NCBI GenBank assembly: GCA_964016885.1
Contig: OZ024753.1
Coordinates: 30,318,001-30,382,000 of the forward strand
DNA: 64,000 nucleotides
Direction: 5' to 3'
Source: Eledone cirrhosa
Taxonomy: Eukaryota
The position numbers were made by a program, and so were the translations under genes. The notes under the pieces are model-generated. The model searched no databases. It saw only the letters and a list, made by a program, of their open reading frames with translations, and was not told the DNA's origin. Numbering within the stretch: position 1 is the stretch's first letter; each line of letters opens with the position of its first letter. This document shows positions 1 to 11,643 of this stretch, in pieces.

Positions 1-443
1 AAGGACGTAACACATCGCCTGGTCCAGGAATCACACACACACACATATATATATATAGTCATATTGATATCAGATATTTCTCTATCACACCGATATCTGG
101 GATATCTCTCTGTGATATTCATATTTCAGTAAAGTTCCAGTTATAGCACCAAATAAAAACCAACCAACAAACAAACAATGTTAAGATGAGACACTCCAAA
201 CATCCTCAGCTACAATCCTACTCTGCTGAATAGTTTACTAATGACTAACTAGGTTAACTAATGTACTCAGCTGATAAGTTTTGGGTGTAGCAATGTTTAA
301 TTAACCAGAGTAATTGTACACCAAATAGACAGTTGTTTGTGTTAATATAAAATATGTTTGGGGTTATAACTTTAAATGATTACTCTGGTGTTAATCAGCG
401 TAATTATTTGATAATTACTATCTCATTTGTAAAGATATTTCCT

Positions 444-666
444 TTAACCCTTTAGCATTTACATTACTCTCTCTATATATATTACTGTATTTTCATGGTA
501 AAGGCTTTACCTCGCATAATTATTTCACATATTATCGAATCTACGAGATGGTTATATTATTTATTTTGAGAATAATATCTTAACCTCAGTATGAGTGGCC
601 AGTTTGAACAGGAAGAGGTGGGAGAATCCTGGCCAGATATGGACGGTTTAAATGCTAAAGGGTTAA
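444..666 (+). mobile_element. piggyBac-type MITE (~215 bp), representative of ~15 copies
   Basis: TTAA-CCCTTTAGCATTT...AAATGCTAAAGGG-TTAA. Other copies ~12800-13014, 15259-15440, 27178-27370, 30607-30830, 33887-34101, 37334-37546, 52643-52845, 52886-53163. Confidence 0.85.
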
Positions 667-963
667 TACATTATATTAGTTGGAAGATAAAATACTTTCA
701 ATTTGGGAATTATTTAAATATAAGAAATTCATTACAAGGCCCAGGCATAATTTAATTTTTATCTATATTAATTTTACAATGTTTGGTTTTTCAGATGATC
801 TATTAATGTTTTGATATCATGTTATGCTATTTTCTCACATTGTTATAAACAACGTATCCTTGCATGTTGTAAGAGGAAATTAGGGACAGGAGGGGATCTA
901 GCTGTAAAGCATTGCTTTAAAAATGACCTGAGTGCTAAACCTCTGAAACTTCTATTTATAGTA

Positions 964-1295
964 TACTAGCAGATTTACCCGGCGTTGCTCGGGGTTTGAA
1001 ATTATGCTAAGAATATACAGCTAGGAAGTAAAAGAGGTCTCCATATCTCACTCTCTTTATAAGGATTGTCAATAAAGTTGGTTATCTCCCTTACATCAAT
1101 TTTGCTACCGATAATTTTGATATCGATTTTTTTTATTGCTCAACGTGGGTCGATTGGAAAAATGTTTGTGATGTGACCATCTTAGCAACCTGTGCAACAT
1201 GCACAAAAAATTTGGTCAAAAGTTGGTAATTATAAAAGCCTTAGGTATCCAAAGTTGTACAGACACACACACACATCCTTGCTTATATATATATA
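964..1295 (+). mobile_element. Helentron/HINE (DINE-1-like) non-autonomous element
   Basis: Starts ACTAGCAGATTTACCCGGCGTTGCTCGGG (hairpin typical of this group) and ends with an ACAGACACAC microsatellite and CTTATATATA. Confidence 0.6.
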
Positions 1296-2498
1296 AAGTT
1301 TAATGTTATGTATAAAAAATAATAATAATGAAATTGTGTACAGTGCTCAGGTGCACTACAACTCATCAAAGCTACATGGAAGCATGGAGGTTTTAAAGGA
1401 TGCAGTGTCTTGGCAGCTAACAACTGATGCAGGTAGTTTGTTCCATGCTTCAGCAACTCTGAGCTTGCTTTGTAAATGTGGTGGATTGGCAGAATTGGGA
1501 GAGCATCGGATAAAATGCCATTGCAGTATAAATTCTGCTGAGGTTGACTTTGACTTTCATCCTTCCAGGGACAATAAAATAAAGTACCAGTAATTCACTG
1601 AGGTTGATTTAATCAACTTTGCCTTTGCCCAATTTGTTGGCCTTCTGCCTAAATAAGAAATCAATACCGTGTATCTATAATTTATGAGCCTGTTTATTGA
1701 TGTTAGGTATTTTATGTATACACATAAAACATTTTATATTTATAGTCAATGGTTTATGTTGTCACCTATTTCCTTTCATTCTATGATGTTTGAAATTACT
1801 TTACTGTTGATACTTAGTTCATTGAATTATTCTAAAAAATGGTATTGGGTTGTGTGTACACCCCCCCCCCTCTCTCTGATCAGTTCTGCATGAGCAAGAC
1901 ACAGTCATCTGACCTGGCTTGTCTCACAATTGGACAACTCTAACCCATGTTAGCATGGAAAAAATGGACATTAAACAGTGATGATGATATATTCCCACAT
2001 CAAATGGAACAAAACCGTCTAACCCATGCAAGCGTGGAAGATGGACGTTATACGATGATGATAATGATGATGATATATATATATATATAAAACCAAAGAT
2101 TAATATGGTTCATTGATTACTCAATGAATACAGTTTTACAATAGATTAAAAGCACTCAACAGCAGAATTTTTCTGGCATATATTTTGATTATGTGATTAT
2201 CTTCATTTGTTAATATTTTGAATAATATATATATATATTAGAATGATCGAGTATCGAAAAATCGGCGCACGAGTTCACGATAAACAAAATTCGAAATGAG
2301 CGGCAGAGGGCTCAATAATTCAGATGAATCAGAGCTATAACTATCGTTAAAATACCGTCACACATAGAACAAGTCTAAAATCAACCGTACGATAAAAAAA
2401 ATCGATAATAGAAGATTCGGGACAATCAGATAAAAAATATCAATAAATCAATAAATCAATAATTTAAATGAATGTAATATATATATATATATATATAC

Positions 2499-2799
2499 AC
2501 TGAGGATGAAAAACTCAGAGCTGTATGGGAGCATCCCAAAAGTCAGCTCAAAAGTGACACAGAGAAGACTGAGGTTAGCTGGACATGCTCACCGACATCC
2601 AGAGTTGACATTGCACTCAGTACTCCTTTGGGAGCCCCTACATGGACACACTAGAAGAGGAAGACCAAGGTTAACGTATGTTGATGCCCTAAGGACAGAC
2701 ACTGGTCTGTTGGAGATGCAGGACATGGCAGCGATAATGAGGGACAGAGACCGCTGGAGAGAACTCGTCCATGGATCTCGGGAATTTTACCCGCCTTAG
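2499..2799 (+). mobile_element. RTE-type LINE 3' fragment in (TA)n (shorter copy 28283-28444, minus)
   Basis: RRLRLAGHAHRHPE..LLWEP..RRGRPRLTYVD C-terminal motif. Confidence 0.8.
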
Positions 2800-4014
2800 A
2801 TAGATAGATATATATATATATACACACATACATGAGATCATTTAGAGGTGGATATAACACTCATTTATTACTAAGTGTGTTAATGCTCAATGTGTAAGTC
2901 ACACTCACACATATATCTCTCTCTATATATATATATGTCATCATCATTTTTATGACAACTTTTCCATGCTTGCAAGGGAAAATGGTTGTTTTTTTGTTGT
3001 ATGTAGCACCTTACAGAGTGGTCTGAATGCTTTTTTGTCATGGCACCAATACAACCACCTGTCATGGGGCTAACTGTCAAATACTGCTTGTATTCATTTT
3101 CATCTGAGTGAAGTAGAACAATGTGAAAGGAAATATCTTGCTCAAAGATATGACATGCCACCTAGTCTTGGAATTGAAACCATAACCTTATGATCATGAA
3201 CTCAACACCCTAACCACTTGTCTTTGTGCCTAACTCTTTAGATAACAATCTGCCCCAAATTACCTCTGGTTTTATGTAACAAAACCACACATTTTACAGA
3301 ATTCCTATTTAAATTAAAGCCTTCCAACCTAATTTGATTTAAGAACCTTTTGTTAAGTTATGGTTATGTCTTAACTATGAAATAATCAATGGTTTTAGTA
3401 AATCCTTCCAAATTCTTCATGAATTAATACAACTAAATTGTATTTTATTAGAAATATAGTAACAAATGAGTTAATTTATTATTTAAATAGACTTATCTCT
3501 ATTGAAGCTCAACTTTAATATACAATGTAAACACTTCAGATCTCTGTGTATTCTTTGATATTTAAAATCAATAAAAAAAAAAATGATATTTTTAGTTATG
3601 GAAGAGTTTATGGGAATAACTTTCTGTAACATGAATTTGTGGATATTAAACATTGATAAAAGTTTGTATCAAATCAATATTCTTTTACTGGCTTTAGTTA
3701 TTAGACTGTGGCCATGCTGGAGCACCAAATTTGTTAGTTATAGCAACCCTGGTGCACATTGTTTTGAAGTCTAGTATTTATTTTATGCATTTTTTTTTCT
3801 TTTTGTTAAACAATTAAGTTAGGAATCATAAACACAGACACAAACGTAAACACAGGCTTAGACACGCATATATACAACAGGCTTTTGTTGTTTCTGTGTA
3901 CCAAATTCCACTCACAAGGTCACAATGGTCAACTCAAGGCTGTACCACACAGTGGGATTGAACTGAGAACTATGGGGTTGTGAAGTGAATTTCTTAACCA
4001 CACAGATATATATA

Positions 4015-4485
4015 TAGGGCTAATTTCTTAACCACATAGCTATACCTATGTTTAATATGTAGGGCCATTTCTTAACCACATAGCTATACCTATGTTTAAT
4101 ATGTAGGGCCATTTCTTAACCACATAGCCATATATAGGGCTAATTTCTTAACCACATAGCCATATATAGGGCTAATTTCTTAACCACACAGCCATATATT
4201 GGGCTAATTTCTTAACCACACAGCCATATATAGGGCTAATTTCTTAACCACACAGCCATATATAGGGCTAATTTCTTAACCACACAGCCATATATTGGGC
4301 TAATTTCTTAACCACACAGCCATATATAGGGCTAATTTCTTAACCACACAGCCATATATTGGGCTCATTTCTTAACCACACAGCCATATATTGGGCTAAT
4401 TTCTTAACCACACAGTCATATATAGGGCTAATTTCTTAACCACACAGTCATATATTGAGCTAATTTCTTAACCACAGAGCTATAC
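4015..4485. repeat. 32-bp minisatellite (GGGCTAATTTCTTAACCACACAGCCATATATA), about 13-14 units
   Basis: Direct tandem units, for example starting at 4201 and 4233. Confidence 0.9.
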
Positions 4486-5069
4486 CCATATCAAATATGG
4501 GACATATTTATATTGATTTAATATTCATTCATTTTAATTCATTCATTTTAATTCATAATTTTTTTGTTCATTATAAAATTTGGCAATAAGGCTCAACTCA
4601 TTAAGTAATTAGTATGGCTGAAGGCCTAATTGTCTTTATAATTAATCTCATATGTTAACTGAAATTTAGTTCCTCGTTATTTGTATATAGCTTTTTATGT
4701 TTTATTTCTTTTTTGTATATTTAGAGTAATTTCCTTGTAAATACTAAAGTTCAGTGTTGTTATACCTTAAAGGTGATATATTAATCATAATTATGCTGTT
4801 TATATATATACATATATCAAAAGAAATAGTGTTTGTGTGTGTATGTATATATATATATGTATGCGTGTGTATATATATATCTAAACTTTCTTTTGATGTT
4901 TTTAGCATCGTTAATCATTGATATATTGATTGACATTATATTCCCTTTCTTTCTCAGTGTGTGTCTGTAGGTTCATTTTCATATACGTGTGTGTGTGTGT
5001 GTGCAGTGTAATAAGCAAGTGGTGAGAGTGCTCTATAAACAGTAGAAGAGCCTTATATATATATATATA

Positions 5070-5115
<46 letters not shown>

Positions 5116-5267
5116 ACCGTTTGGTTAAGATGTTTGATTGACAAACAGCGTTTCAGGTTTGATCCTAGTAGCCATCACCTTGGGTAAGTTTCTTCTATTA
5201 TAGCCTCAAGTTGCCTTGACCAATGCCTTGTGAGTTGAATTAGTTGATGGAAATTATAGAAGTATTT

Positions 5268-5314
<47 letters not shown>

Positions 5315-5316
<2 letters not shown>

Positions 5317-5485
5317 CGAAGGAAATGTGGTAAGGAACCAGGTGGACCATAACGCACCAAAGTACTCAATACTTGGGGTAGTAGAGTGGGTAATAGGAAC
5401 CAGTAAGACCCCGACGGCTGAGCTCAAGCCGTTTCGAATTAGCCGTCGAAACAGCTTGAGCTCAGCCGTCGGGGTCTTACTGGTT

Positions 5486-5488
<3 letters not shown>
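5315..5488. mobile_element. (TA)n-embedded pLTR-like fragment with internal inverted duplication
   Basis: About 45-bp inverted arms at 5395-5488 containing the 3' half of a hammerhead (GAAA-CGGCT-TGAGCTC-AGCCG-TC). A second copy with a different junction lies at 45851-45968. Confidence 0.6.
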
Positions 5489-5527
<39 letters not shown>

Positions 5528-5697
5528 TACGGAGAGCGAGAGATTAGTTTTCTACCTAATCAAGGTAGGATTTATAACCATTTTAGAAGACAGTCTTGTT
5601 GATGTGAATATCTCATCAAAGCAAAGAGAAACCTGTTTTTGTAGAAAGGTGATATTCCTGTATGTCCTCATTGAGTATTCAATACAATAGTCATATA

Positions 5698-5880
5698 TAA
5701 TTGTTTCTACTTTAGGCACAAGGCCAGCAATTATCCAGTGCATTACTGGTACTTTATTTTATCGACCCCGTAAGGATGAAAGGCAAAGTCAACCTCGGCG
5801 GGATTTGAACTCAGATCGTAAAGGGACGTAACTATGCTGGAAAGCATGGCGTCCGACCCTCTACCGATACTGCCAATCCA
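5698..5880 (-). mobile_element. tRNA-derived SINE family A (~185 bp)
   Basis: A-box-like TGGCAGTATCGGTAGAG, B-box GAGTTCAAATCCC, body TTGCCTTTCATCCTTACGGGGTCGATAAAATAAAGTACC. Many copies in the window. Confidence 0.85.
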
Positions 5881-5904
5881 CAACACTAAATCAATTGCAT
5901 GTGA

Positions 5905-6082
5905 ATTGGCAGTATCGGTAGAGGGTCGGACGCCATGCTTTCCAGCATAGTTACGTCCCTTTACAGTCTGTTCAAATCCCGCCGAGGTTAACTTTGCCTT
6001 TCATCCTTACGGGGTCGATAAAATAAAGTACCAGTAATGTACTGAGTAATTGCTGGCCTTGTGCCAAAAGTAGAAACAATTA
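5905..6082 (+). mobile_element. SINE family A, inverted partner of 5698-5880
   Basis: Near-identical reverse complement about 25 bp away. Confidence 0.85.
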
Positions 6083-6342
6083 TATATATATATATAATGC
6101 AATTGATTTAGTGTTGCATAACTGTCATTAGTTGGTCTGAACATCAATAATTTTACCCTCTGAAATGATTGTAAAACAATGGATCAATCAACTACATTAC
6201 TTTGTCTTATTTTTTCATTGTTTAACATTATGAGTTCTGTATGAGCAGGACACGGTCACCTGACCCAACTTGCTTCAAATGGAACAACCCATCTAACCTA
6301 TGCTAGTGTGGAAAGTGGACATTAAACGATAATCATCATCAT

Positions 6343-6670
6343 CATTTCATTTTACGTCCACTTTTCCCTGCTTGCAAGGGTGGGACGGGAACTAATTCTG
6401 GCTTGATTTCTACAGCTGGATGCCCTTCCTAACACCAACCTCATTTACAGTGAGTGCTGGGTGCTTTTTTGCCGTGGCACCTCCACGACCACTTTGCAGT
6501 GGAATGATAGAGACCCCAGTCCCTATCATCTCATTTCTACAGCTGAGTAAACTGGAGCAATGTGAAATAAAGTGTCTTGCTCAAGGAAACAACACATCAC
6601 CTGGTCTGAGAATTGAACTCACAACCTTTCGATTGCAAGGCCAATGCTCTAACCCCTAAGCCATGTGCCT

Positions 6671-6673
<3 letters not shown>
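6343..6673 (-). mobile_element. SINE family B
   Basis: Reverse complement of the 55182 consensus; gives rise to the recurring spurious MPFLTPTSF ORF. Confidence 0.85.
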
Positions 6674-6734
<61 letters not shown>

Positions 6735-6736
<2 letters not shown>

Positions 6737-7948
6737 TCATCATCATCATCATCAACGTTTAACGTCCGTGTTCCACGCTTGCATGGGTTTGGACGGGGGT
6801 AGTCCCACTTGAGGCAAGAGTGATTGTCTTGCTCGCATAGGACTGTCTGGCAGGTTTTCTACAGTTGGATGCCCTTCCTAACACCAACCACATTTACAGT
6901 GTGGGTCTGGGAGGTTTTTACCGTGTTGCCTACACGGCCACATTACAGCGTGGACTGTGTGTTTTTTTTGTCGTGACACCTACACGATCTCATTTGTTTC
7001 GGCCTCGATGGCGCGGCACCAACATAACTTTACATAGAACGGGGTGGTGTGGATCGGGTGGGGGTGGTGGTGGTGGGACGGGGTGTATTTTGTTAGAGAT
7101 GCCTACTGGCTGGAGTAGGTTTTACTATATATTTAGGTAAGGCGGGTCTTCTCTGTTACTGAGTACCGCCAAAGGTCTCGGTCCAGTGACATTGTCTTGG
7201 AGAGGTGTAAGTGTGTGATGTCGGAGTTTATCAGCTCGTCCCAGGTTTTTCTAGGTCTGCCTATTCCGTGACTACCGTCTATCTTTATTGCCCTGCACTT
7301 TGTTATACAGCTATCGACTTTCATGCGCATCACGTGTCCATACCAACGTAGCCTTCTCTCGAGTAAACAACATCTGATCCCTCTTATCTCTAATTTTTTT
7401 CCTTAGTTCGTTTATGCTTTGCCGTTCACGTATATTACTGTTACACATCCAGCGGAGCATGCAAGCTTCGTTCCTCTCTAGTCTGCGTATATCCTCTGCA
7501 CACAATGCCCAGGTCTCACTGCCATGCAGCATTGCTGTTCGTATGCAGGCATCGTACAACCTGCCTTTCATTTTTTGTGAGAACCCTTTAGCAGCTAATA
7601 GTGGTATAAGCTCTCTGAACTTTTTCCAACCAGTTCTGACTCTAGCTACAGTACTTTCAGAGCACCCTCCCCCACTGGTGATTTTATCGCCCAGGTAACG
7701 GAAGCTGTCCACTATTTCTATAGAACCCTCTGCGCAATTGAAAGAGCTAGTAGTTTGTGGGCACTTGCTGCTACTTATTGCACCAGAGCACCGGCCACAT
7801 GTAAAATCTATGTTCTTAGTTAGCTTACCTGTGATCCCACTACATCTTTTATGCACCCATACTTTGCATTTAGGACATAAAATGGAGTTTCTACCTACGC
7901 CTTTCCTACACACCGAGCACGACCATTTCCCAGAAGGGACCGCCGCCT

Positions 7949-7949
<1 letters not shown>
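6735..7949 (-). mobile_element. RTE LINE 3' fragment (PHD-like finger, FRYLG, LHGSETW, 3'UTR)
   Basis: ORFs 7311-8135 and 7133-7333 are homologous to the 50-52 kb RTE. (GAT)n tail; both ends abut (TA)n. Confidence 0.88.
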
Positions 7950-8028
<79 letters not shown>

Positions 8029-8037
8029 ATATATGTA

Positions 8038-8335
8038 GTGAAGACGCATGGCTTAGGGGTTAGAGCAGTAGGCTTGCAATCGAAAGGTTGTGAGTTCAAT
8101 TCTCGGACCGGGTAATGTGTTGTTTCCTTGAGCAAGACACTTTATTTCATGTTGCTCCAGTTTACTCAGCTGAAAATGAGTACCAGCAATCGCTGGAGGT
8201 TTAACCCTGTGATGGACTGGCGTCCTGTCCAGGGGTGGGGGGTGGGGTGTCTTGTACTCTCAGTCGCTTCATGCCATGAAACCGGGATAAGCACCGGCCA
8301 AATGAGCCTTCTGGCTTAAGACAGACTTTAGACTT
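8038..8335 (+). mobile_element. SINE with family-B head and different 3' half (related copy ~42765-43025, minus)
   Basis: Same tRNA head and core, then CCCTGTGATGGACTGGCGTCCTGTCCAGGG...GCCATGAAACCGGGATAAGC. Confidence 0.7.
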
Positions 8336-8614
8336 ACGGCGCGCCCGACACACTGGTCGGTCAAGGTGATGAAGGTGATATATATATATATAGTGTGTGT
8401 GTAAAAGGTAAACAAAAATAACACAATCGGTAAAGTATATGGAAGGAATATATTAGGTTAATGTTTGAAATAGCAGGAAGAGGGTCTTAAAGTTTCAGTC
8501 TTAAAAAATATGAATCATGCCAAAGTCAGTTCCCGTCCCACCCTTGCAAGCAGGGAAAATCGGACGTAAAATGAAATGAGGAGGAGGATGATGATGATGA
8601 TGATTATATATATA

Positions 8615-9885
8615 TCATCATCATCATCAGGTTTAGCGTCCGTGTTCCACGCTTGCATGGGTTTGGACGGGGGTTTTCCCACTTGAGGCAAGAGTGGTTG
8701 TCTTGCTCGCATAGGACTGTCTGGCAGGTTTTCTACAGCTGGATGCCCTTCCTAACACCAACCACATTTACAGTGTGGGGCTGGGAGGTTTTTACCGTGT
8801 TGCCTACACGGCCACATTACAGCGTGGACCGTCTGGCGGGTTTTCTACAGCTGGATGCCCTTCCTAGCACCAACCACATTTACAGTGTGGGGCTGGGAGG
8901 TTTTTACCGTGTTGCCTACACGGCCACATTACAGCGTGGACTGTCTGGCGGGTTTTCTACAGTTGGATGCCCTTCCTAACACCAACCACATTTACAGTGT
9001 GGGGCTGGGAGGTTTTTACCGTGTTGCCTACACGGCCACATTTACAGCGTGGACTGTGTGTTTTTTGTCGTGACACCTACATGATCTCATTTGTTTCGGC
9101 CTGGATGTTGTGGGACCAACATAACTTTACATTGAAAGGGGCGGTGTGGATGGGGTGGAGGTGGTGGGATGGGGGTGTGTTTTGATAGAGATGCCTACTG
9201 ACTGTAGTAGGTTTTTACTTTGTATTTAGGTAAGGCGGGTCTTCTCTATTACTGAGTACCGCCAAAGGTCTCGGTCCAGTGACATTGTCTTGGAGAGGTG
9301 TAAGCGTGTGAGGTCGGAATTTATCATGTCGTCCCAGGTTTTTCTGGGTCGACCTACTCCGTGGCTACCGTCTATCTTTATTGCCCTGCACTTTGTTATA
9401 TAGCTGTCGTCTTTCATGCGCATCACGTGACCGTACCAACGTAGCCTTCTCTCGAGTAAACAACATCTGATCCCTCTTATTTCTAATTTCTTCCTTAGTT
9501 CGTTTATGCATAGCCGTTCACGTATATTACTATTGCACATCCAGCGGAGCATGCAAGCTTCGTTCCTCTCTAGTCTGCGTATATCCTCTGCACACAATGC
9601 CCAGGTCTCACTGCCATGCAGCATTGCTGTTCGTATGCAGGCATCGTATAACCTACCTTTCATTTTTAGGGAGAACCCTCTAGCGGCTAATAGTGGTATA
9701 AGCTCTTTGAACTTTTTCCATCCAGTTCTGACTCTAGCTACTGTACTTTCAGAGCACCCTCCCCCACTGCTGATTTTGTCACCCAAGTAACGGAAGCTGT
9801 CCACTATTTCTATAGAACCCTCTGCGCAATTGAAAGAGCTAGTATTTTGTGGGCACATGCTGCTACTTATTGCACCAGAGCACCG
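8615..9885 (-). mobile_element. RTE LINE 3' fragment, sister of 6735-7949, with triplicated 112-bp 3'UTR unit
   Basis: ORF 9226-9945 (FRYLG, LHGSETW, RRLRWYGHV, GRPRKTW). CTACAG repeats at 8733, 8845 and 8957. Confidence 0.88.
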
Positions 9886-9903
9886 TATATATATATATAT
9901 ATA

Positions 9904-11643
9904 ATGGAAAAATTTGAACAGGGACAAAACAGAGAGGCAGTACAACGAATGTTTATTAATTTCACGCTCTGGAGAGTGGGGTGTTGGTGGGGGACGACGT
10001 TTCGGGCATAAGCCTTTCCTCAGGTGGGAAGTGTGTGGGAACAGAGTTCAAAGGGTGTGTAGGGGAGTGGTGGAGAGACATATAGCGAAAAGAAACGGTG
10101 CGAATGAAAAAATAAAAAATAAAGATAAAAATAAAAATAAAGCATGATCAAAATACAAGGAATGAGATAAATTTAAAAATAAAGGCATGATCAAAATAAA
10201 CTGAAATTAAAAGGGGGGTAAACAGGTGGTGGAAGGGTGTGGGGTGTGTAGGGGTGGTGGCGGGTGGAGTGGGAGACGGGGTGTCCGAGCGGGGAGGGCT
10301 GAGGGTGGTGTGTAGGTGTGTGTGTGTGTGTGTATGTGAAAGTAAGGGTTGGGGGAAGAACGGGGTTGCATGTTCAGGAAGAGGTGTGTGTGGGGGGGGG
10401 TTGTGGGTCGGAGTGTCTGTGCGTGTGTGGATAGAGGGGTGGGGGGAGAGGAATCGGGAGGCTGAGGGTGTAAATATGTGGTGGAAAGCACGTGTGTGGG
10501 GTTTAAGCGTGTTGTGGGTGTAGGTGGCGTGTGGAGAAAAATTTTTTTTTGGGGTGTGTGTGTGGGTGAGTTATATAGGTGATTACGTAAGAGGATGGTT
10601 GAAAAGTTGGTAAATTCCGAAGATGTTTAGTGGATTGTTTGTTGGTCAATTTCTGTGTGGGTATTCCATGAAGCGATGGTCGGAAGAGGAGAGATGTGGG
10701 GTGCGCGCGCAACAGGAAGTGGTCAGCAGTGGGAGTGCTGTGGTCTGTTTGTGCTGGGAGGTGGTCAGAGGGCATAGCAGCAGTCGGTGGAATGGTAAAG
10801 GGGCGAGGATGGGTAGGTGTGAAAGTTGGAGTGGGGAGGGTGTGTGTGTGTGAGTATTAGTAGGGGTGCTAGTGGGATGAGTGAGTGTGGAGCGAGGGTG
10901 TGGGTGGAGCGGGGAGAGAAGGGTGTGTGTGGTTCTATGGAGGGAGTGTGGTGTACTGGTGTGTGTGTAGTTTGATGAAGAGGTGTTAGTGGGTGTTAGT
11001 ATACGGGAGGTGGGGAGGGGTTGAATGCAGGTGAGTGGGGGTTAGTGGTGGTAGGGTGTGTAGAGTTGGTGGTGTACGAGGGTGTGTGGGTACGTGTGCG
11101 TGGGGTTGGGGGGTGTTAGTGATGTTAGTTGCGTGTGGGGTGGGTGGTGTGAGTGGGTGCGTGTGTTCGTGTGCTTGGGGTTAGGGGGTGTTAGTGAGGT
11201 TAGTTGCAGGGTGGTGGGATGGAGGTGTGGGGGTGAGAGGTGTGGGTGTGAGGGTTAGTGGTGGTAGTAGGGTGTGTGTTTAGTGTGAGCGCGTGTATAT
11301 ATGTGCCGGTGGGTGTGTGCGTGTGATAAGGAGGGGGGAGGAGGAGAAGAGGGGAGGGAAGGGATGTTAGTATGTTAGTTGGGGAAGGGTGGTCAGATGG
11401 GGGGTGGAGTGGAGGTGTTAGTATTGTTAGTTGTGGGGTGGGCGGTGAAAAGGAGGGGTGTGTTAGTGGTGTTAGTGGGGGATAAGTGTGGGGGGAGGGG
11501 GCGGTCGAAGGCTAAAGGAATAAGGGTGGGGAGTTCAGGCCGGGGGGAGTGTGGGTCTGTAAGATGAAGATAGTTCGTTGTTCGACTGTAAGGCGATTGG
11601 CGGGTGTTCCGTGGCACTGGAGTAGGCCACAGACTGTGAGATG
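9904..11643 (-). mobile_element. 5'-truncated Penelope-like retroelement: GIY-YIG C-terminus, long C/A-rich 3' region, pseudo-LTR with hammerhead-like core
   Basis: Minus strand 11640-11512 reads LTVCGLLQCHGTPANRLTVEQRTIFILQTHTPPGLNSPPLFL*, matching the R-x3-EQ-x2-IF-x-L-x-T-x2-P-x-GLN end typical of PLE GIY-YIG endonucleases. Near the 3' end: CTGAGGAAAGGCTTATGCCCGAAACGTCGTC, then AATAAA. Ends at (TA)n. Confidence 0.8.

Noticed and set aside
6420-6659. Recurring MPFLTPTSF... small-protein family
   Set aside because: Antisense translation of SINE family B copies.
10207-11567. Gly/Val-rich and Pro/Thr/His-rich ORFs
   Set aside because: Products of the strand-biased low-complexity 3' region of the Penelope-like element.
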